From NCBI GenBank assembly GCA_044352465.1, contig JBILDU010000095.1, positions 1 through 11,130 of the forward strand: 11,130 nt of DNA, in the 5' to 3' direction. The DNA comes from Bdellovibrionota bacterium. GTDB lineage: Bacteria > Bdellovibrionota_C > UBA2361. Position numbers and translations under genes: made by a program. The notes beneath the pieces are model-generated. The model searched no databases. It was not told where the DNA came from and saw only the letters and a program-made list of their open reading frames with translations. This document shows positions 7,018-11,130 of the stretch, in pieces; position 1 is the stretch's first letter, and every line of letters starts with the position of its first letter.

Positions 7018-7875
7018 ATGGTAGTTTGGCGAACGATAGCGATGCTCGTGGTGGCGGTTTGGCTCGCAGCGTGTAGCTCGACGCCGATCGCCCAAGACAT
7101 CGCCCAAAGTCAGGCCAACGAGATCGTGGCGTTGCTCGCCGACAACGGAATCAGCGCGGTGGCCCACAAAAGTGGGGGTGGGCAAGGCCGCTATACCGTT
7201 GAGGTTGCGGCCGAGCACTACACCGCCGCGGTCTCGTTGCTCCATCGCCACGGCTTACCAGGGGAAGTGAAGCGCTCCTTCGCTGATATGGTCGCCCCGC
7301 AGGGGCTTATTCCGAATTCCCGCGAAATGGAGGCGCTTCGCCTTGATCGAGCTCTGGGGGTCGAACTCGAGGAGACCTTACTTAATTATCCCGGTGTCGT
7401 CGCCGCGCGGGTGATCGTGCGCTCGAGCTTCCTTAAAGAGGGTGCGACGCCAGGGGTATCCGCAGTGATTCAGCACCGCGCTGAAAGCCCGGTGAACGCC
7501 GAGGCTTTAAGTGCAGTTATCAGTCGCGCGGTCCCAGGTGTTGCACCGGAGCGAATCCTTGTTGCCCTGGAAGTTGCGGCGCCCCGTGGTGGTGGAGATA
7601 GTGGTGTCGAAGGGGCCGTAAATCTTGCGGGTGAGGTGGTACGGATTCCGCTTGTCCCCTTTCTATTCTTACGCGTTCCGAAAGACGAATATAATTATTT
7701 CGTTTTTGGATTAGTGGGTGGTCTGCTGGTCCTCGGGATTGTTGGTGCGATCGTCGGCTATTGGTGGGGATTTTACCACCGTGGCAAAGGTGGATTTGAA
7801 GAGAATGGGGGAGAGCCCCGACCGCTCCGGCTTGATCGAACGCGCCGGGAGATCCCGGAGATCGAGGGAAGGTAA
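7018..7875 (+). CDS. sctJ: Type III secretion inner-membrane ring lipoprotein, SctJ (YscJ/HrcJ/EscJ) family
   Basis: Lipobox LAAC; QANEIVALLADNGI; AAVSLLHRHGLP; SFADMV.PQGLIP..E..R...ALG.ELEETL....GVVAARV; C-terminal TM helix plus cytoplasmic tail. At 285 aa it is too short for FliF, and FliF is not a lipoprotein. Confidence 0.9.
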   Translation: MVVWRTIAMLVVAVWLAACSSTPIAQDIAQSQANEIVALLADNGISAVAHKSGGGQGRYTVEVAAEHYTAAVSLLHRHGLPGEVKRSFADMVAPQGLIPNSREMEALRLDRALGVELEETLLNYPGVVAARVIVRSSFLKEGATPGVSAVIQHRAESPVNAEALSAVISRAVPGVAPERILVALEVAAPRGGGDSGVEGAVNLAGEVVRIPLVPFLFLRVPKDEYNYFVFGLVGGLLVLGIVGAIVGYWWGFYHRGKGGFEENGGEPRPLRLDRTRREIPEIEGR

Positions 7876-7884
7876 CGGATACCT

Positions 7885-8106
7885 ATGGATACCCAACGGT
7901 TTCGAAATCTGCCCCCGCGACAACGCGCCTTGGTGGCGTTAGCGGTACTCCTCGATGGTCGTGAGGGTTCGCTTTATCTTGAGAACGATTCGCTCAACGG
8001 CCCGGCTTTGGCGCGCGCCGCGGGGGATCTGTCCGGTCTCGAGCTTGAGCTGCGGTTGCCGTTCGCGGGGACGTTGTTGCGACAGGCTTTACGCGAGGTG
8101 AAGTAA
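7885..8106 (+). CDS. Small hypothetical protein in the sctK/fliG position; N-terminus resembles FliG N-terminal helix
   Basis: 73 aa ORF tightly packed in the operon (9-nt and 6-nt gaps). NLPPRQRALVALAVLLDG is reminiscent of FliG-N (L.g.qKAAiLL..Lg). The CDS is likely real; the family call is tentative. Confidence 0.55.
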   Translation: MDTQRFRNLPPRQRALVALAVLLDGREGSLYLENDSLNGPALARAAGDLSGLELELRLPFAGTLLRQALREVK

Positions 8107-8112
8107 TCCCCG

Positions 8113-8454
8113 GTGGTGGACGACGGAGCGAACGGGCAAGAGGAGTTGGGGCGATTACTCGCGGAGCTTCTCGTTGAGCTTGGTCGACGGGAATCGGTTG
8201 TCGCTTCGCTGGAGGGAGATCTGCGGCGGTGCGAGGAGCAACTGCGCGAGATGTCGGGAGAGCGCGGCGTGCGGCGGGGGGATGCCCGGCGATTGATCGC
8301 CGCGGAACAGCTTCGTCGGAGGCTCACGGGAGATGCCCGTAATCTTCGCAAGCGGCTCGCTGAGGCGGTCGCCGATGTGGAGCGAGCGCGCGAGCGCCGG
8401 GCGGTGCTCGAGGCGGATATTGAATCAAGCGTAGCGCTTGAGGAGACGGAATAG
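8113..8454 (+). CDS. Coiled-coil protein, putative SctO/FliJ-like stalk
   Basis: 113 aa, R/E/L/A-rich with two long predicted helices, located immediately upstream of sctQ. Assignment is by composition and synteny only. Confidence 0.55.
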   Translation: MVDDGANGQEELGRLLAELLVELGRRESVVASLEGDLRRCEEQLREMSGERGVRRGDARRLIAAEQLRRRLTGDARNLRKRLAEAVADVERARERRAVLEADIESSVALEETE

Positions 8455-8456
8455 GG

Positions 8457-9494
8457 ATGGAGTCGGAAAATCACACCGAGGGCACGAACCTCTCCCCGTG
8501 GGAGCCTGGGCGCTTTATGCGTACCGCTTCCGCGAGTGAGGTAAAGTTGTCGCGTGGATTTCTCCGGTGCCGTCCGGAGAGATGGTTTCCTGGGTTCGCG
8601 GCGCAGTGGCTCCCGCTGGGTCATTCCCTCGGGGTTGAGATCAAGATGATCGAGGCAAAGCCGGTACTGCATTCTCCTCTTGAGCAGGCGGCAAGCTTTG
8701 TCGGTTCGATCGATGGTGAGGCGATCGGATTCTCGATTGATCCCTCCTCCGCGCGAGTCGTGACCGAAGCGATAGCCCCTGGTGTGATGCGTGGAGCGGA
8801 CGAGGGGGCCGGCTCGGTGGTGCTCGAGTACCTGGCTCGGCGTCTGCTGACGAGCTTAGCCGCCGCGTGGACGGGGCCGCAGTCCTCGCTTGTACGGTTC
8901 GAGCCGGAGATGAAGCTCGACGAAGTGGGCGCGGTCGGAGACGTCCGGATAAGCTTCTCCGTGAACGGAACACCGGCATCTGTCGTCGTATCGCTCGGAC
9001 GCTTCTTGGTTGAGCGGCTCGATAACCTTTGGCGGCGGCAGATCCATTCAACCGCCCGAGCGGTCGAAGCGGGTAGTGTCGTCGCGCTGGAGATCGCGCA
9101 GCTCGCTGTGCCCCCCTCGATGCTCGGTGATTACCTCAAGAGTGGCACCCTTATCGACCTTGAAGCGCGGGCGGGTGACACGATGACCCTGCGCTCCGGC
9201 ACCAAGGCGTGGCAGTTAGTGCGGGGGTGTGTTTCGAATGGCAACTACGCATTCGAGATGATAGCGGCGGGCGGTCCCTTCCCGAGTCTTCCTGAGGGTA
9301 CGACCCGGCTCTCCTTCAGCCTCGGCGCGACAAAGCTCGACGGCACCGTCATCGCCGAGCTCGGTCAGTCTGGCGCGATGTGGGATACGGCTATCCCCGC
9401 GACCGATCGGGTTGAGCTCCTTATTAACGGGGAATCGGTAGGGGAGGGGCGACTCGGCCTCTACGAGGGACGCTTTGCCGTGATGGTGGCCTGA
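8457..9494 (+). CDS. sctQ: C-ring/sorting-platform protein, SctQ / FliM-FliN family (SPOA domains)
   Basis: C-terminal SPOA RLSFSLGATKL...VELLINGESVGEGRLGLYEGRFAVMV, preceded by a second degenerate SPOA (VALEIAQLAV..LKSGTLIDL); located upstream of sctR. Confidence 0.85.
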   Translation: MESENHTEGTNLSPWEPGRFMRTASASEVKLSRGFLRCRPERWFPGFAAQWLPLGHSLGVEIKMIEAKPVLHSPLEQAASFVGSIDGEAIGFSIDPSSARVVTEAIAPGVMRGADEGAGSVVLEYLARRLLTSLAAAWTGPQSSLVRFEPEMKLDEVGAVGDVRISFSVNGTPASVVVSLGRFLVERLDNLWRRQIHSTARAVEAGSVVALEIAQLAVPPSMLGDYLKSGTLIDLEARAGDTMTLRSGTKAWQLVRGCVSNGNYAFEMIAAGGPFPSLPEGTTRLSFSLGATKLDGTVIAELGQSGAMWDTAIPATDRVELLINGESVGEGRLGLYEGRFAVMVA

Positions 9495-9616
9495 GCTCGT
9501 TGCGGAAGGATTCCGCATCGCCTGGAACTGCTCAAACCTGCCGCACTTTGGTCGATCGTCCTTGGGCCAAAATAAGGGATAGCCAGCACCGGGAGCGTTC
9601 ACCTATCATCCTCGAT

Positions 9617-10213
9617 ATGGATCTCTCTCCCTATCTTGCTGGTATCATTGCGCTAATTCTTTTCACCGCGTTTGTAAAGATAGCCACCGTGCTGAATATC
9701 GTGCGGGTGGGCTTGGGTCTCGACGGGGTCGGGTTCGGCGTTTCGATTCTTGCTGTGGCGATCGCGCTGGCCCTCGTATCCGTTTCCCCCGAAATGAGGG
9801 CGTTGGGTGGGATCGATGCGTTCTTCGGGGGGGGCGGGCCGAGCCGACTTTCCGGATTCGAGGAGAAGATGGCGCCGTTTCTTCAGCGTCACGCTGACCC
9901 CGGGCTGCTTGAACGTTTAGCCGGTTTGGTTCGTGAGGGACAGCCGCAAGAAGGTGTTGCGCCGCAGAATGGTGGTGTCCTTATTGCAGCGTTTCTTTTG
10001 ACCGAGCTCAAAGAGGCTTTTGAGCTCGGGCTTATCGTGTTGGTGCCGCTCCTCGTGATCGATCTCCTCGTGGTTCATACGTTGATGTTGTTGGGCGTTA
10101 CCCAATTGGCGCACGTCGTCGTGGCGCTTCCTCTCAAGATTTTGCTTTTCTTCGCAGTCGACGGTTGGGGGCTCATCGCGGAGAAGCTTTTGAAGACGTA
10201 TACGGGGGGCTAG
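9617..10213 (+). CDS. sctR: Type III export gate protein SctR/FliP family, divergent
   Basis: TAFVKIATVLNIVRVGLG; FLQRHA; LIAAFLLTELKEAFELG; LVIDLLV; LPLKILLFFAVDGW. ATG at 9617 preferred because the 39 codons from TTG 9500 are not SctR-like. Confidence 0.92.
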   Translation: MDLSPYLAGIIALILFTAFVKIATVLNIVRVGLGLDGVGFGVSILAVAIALALVSVSPEMRALGGIDAFFGGGGPSRLSGFEEKMAPFLQRHADPGLLERLAGLVREGQPQEGVAPQNGGVLIAAFLLTELKEAFELGLIVLVPLLVIDLLVVHTLMLLGVTQLAHVVVALPLKILLFFAVDGWGLIAEKLLKTYTGG

Positions 10214-10218
10214 GCGGC

Positions 10219-10452
10219 ATGGAACCGATCCTTATCGAGGGCCTCAAAGCGATATTTCTCTCCGCGGTGCCGGTGCTGGTGGTAGTGGTCGTCGCAAGTC
10301 TCCTCGTTGCAGGACTGCAGTCGGCCTTGACGGTGAATGAGCCGGCGCTCGGGTATGCGGTTCGAGTTGGCGCGTTAGTCGCGGTAGCATACCTCCTCCT
10401 CCCGTCGATTATTGAAACTCTCTCTGCTCTTGCATTACAGGCATGGCGCTAG
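10219..10452 (+). CDS. sctS: Type III export gate protein SctS/FliQ family, divergent
   Basis: 77 aa helical hairpin P.L.......LLVA.LQSALTVNEPALGYAVR, aligning by eye to QAxTQIQEQTLxFxxK. ATG 5 nt after the sctR stop. Confidence 0.85.
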   Translation: MEPILIEGLKAIFLSAVPVLVVVVVASLLVAGLQSALTVNEPALGYAVRVGALVAVAYLLLPSIIETLSALALQAWR

Positions 10453-11060
10453 TGCCCCTTCTTATCGCCATCGGTCTCCTCGGTTTGATGCCGATATGGT
10501 TCGTGCCAACGCTGGCTTTGATGCTTGCGTGGTGGAGCATGCATCCCGGTAGCTCGCTCAGCGAGGTGGCGCTCATAGGGGGGGCCGTTGGGCTTGCTGC
10601 ACCGCTGAGTGTCGGGCTTGCAGGTGCAATCCTCGACCGAGTTTGTGTTGCAGGTGCGTTAGTCCATCGGGGCGGAGTCGCCCCGTTGTTTCGAACGTGT
10701 GGACTCGTGCTCGGGGGGGCAATCCTGTTTCAGTCGAGCGCCCCCTTCGAATTAATGGTGATGGTTCGTGATCTGATGGCCCGGGGTGACACACTTGATC
10801 TTTGGCGGGTGGTTGCCAAGGTGGGTGCAGTGGTTTGCTTCTGTGGCGGGCTTCTCGCGCTCGTAGCTCTCGGAGCCATCGTTCTTGTTGAGCTTCCGCT
10901 GCGGTGGTGCACGTCGGCGTCTCGGGTTGCCCCGCTTGACCTCTCCTTGAGCGCTCTGCGGCCGTTAATCGTCGTGGGGGTGGCCGCGGTTCTTTTTCAT
11001 CTCGCCACGGCTTTTGTGCTCCGAGAGACGGCACCAGGCCTCCTCGGGGGGATACCATGA
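10443..11060 (+). CDS. sctT: Type III export gate protein SctT/FliR family, highly divergent and short
   Basis: Polytopic hydrophobic 205 aa protein between sctS and sctU. Residual AGAILD (AGxxID) and VELPL...LSLSALR (cf. D..LG...fsls.piK). Overlaps sctS by 10 nt. Mainly a synteny call. Confidence 0.65.
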   Translation: MALVPLLIAIGLLGLMPIWFVPTLALMLAWWSMHPGSSLSEVALIGGAVGLAAPLSVGLAGAILDRVCVAGALVHRGGVAPLFRTCGLVLGGAILFQSSAPFELMVMVRDLMARGDTLDLWRVVAKVGAVVCFCGGLLALVALGAIVLVELPLRWCTSASRVAPLDLSLSALRPLIVVGVAAVLFHLATAFVLRETAPGLLGGIP

Positions 11061-11130
11061 CCGAGCGGACCGAATGGCCGACCCCTGAGAAGCTCGCACG
11101 GCTCCGTGAGGAGGGGATCGTCCACTACAG
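11057..11130 (+). CDS. sctU: SctU/FlhB export switch protein, N-terminal fragment (runs off window)
   Basis: Not in the ORF track. ATGA overlap with the sctT stop; translates MTERTEWPTPEKLARLREEGIVHY, matching the EKTExPTxKKLxxARxxGxV N-terminal motif. Confidence 0.85.
   Translation, partial: MTERTEWPTPEKLARLREEGIVHY

Noticed and set aside
8487..8516. FliM-type CheY-binding peptide at the SctQ N-terminus (NLSPWEPGRF vs LSQxEIDxLL)
   Set aside because: Only LSxxE matches; prolines and lack of IDxLL make it unsupported.
9240..9262. Internal translation start (ATG 9258) producing an SctQ C-terminal SPOA2 fragment
   Set aside because: The position is plausible but no Shine-Dalgarno sequence precedes it, so it cannot be supported from sequence.
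9500..9616. N-terminal extension of SctR from TTG 9500 (and of SctS from 10165)
   Set aside because: The extensions are hydrophilic and not family-like, and the SctS one overlaps sctR. The downstream ATGs give typical lengths.
9617..11060. Pseudogenised T3SS remnant
   Set aside because: No frameshifts or internal stops are evident, start/stop overlaps are preserved and structural motifs are retained. Relaxed selection cannot be fully excluded without orthologues.
7018..11130. Ordinary flagellar fliF-G...fliM/N-P-Q-R-flhB operon
   Set aside because: The ring protein is a 285 aa lipoprotein of SctJ type, not FliF. No full-length FliG, FliH, FliI, FliO, rod or hook genes are present.

Overview
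Bacterial chromosomal window of about 60% GC. The lineage cannot be fixed from sequence alone, but the gene content is reminiscent of deltaproteobacteria-like groups such as Myxococcota or Bdellovibrionota. The left part is housekeeping: the 3' end of an mreB-family gene (+) converges on an rne (RNase E/G)-HAD phosphatase pair (-). The middle is a signalling cluster with a stand-alone FHA protein, a single-domain CheY-like receiver, a multi-FHA tail-anchored membrane protein and a Zn-ribbon/disordered-linker/FHA protein. These lead directly into a compact, highly divergent type III secretion-like operon: sctJ, a tiny FliG-N/SctK-like ORF, an SctO/FliJ-like coiled coil, a FliM/FliN-like sctQ, then sctR, sctS, sctT and the start of sctU. 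No stator (SctL), ATPase (SctN), ruler (SctP), rod/needle or secretin gene is recognisable within the window. The export-gate proteins appear to have lost the conserved Gln-belt, PPN and Met-gasket residues while keeping intact, tightly coupled reading frames. The best candidate for a new system is an FHA (phosphothreonine)-associated, minimal, possibly needle-less T3SS-derived membrane machine with some flagellum-like cytoplasmic parts. All family calls come from motif recognition by eye; no searches were run.
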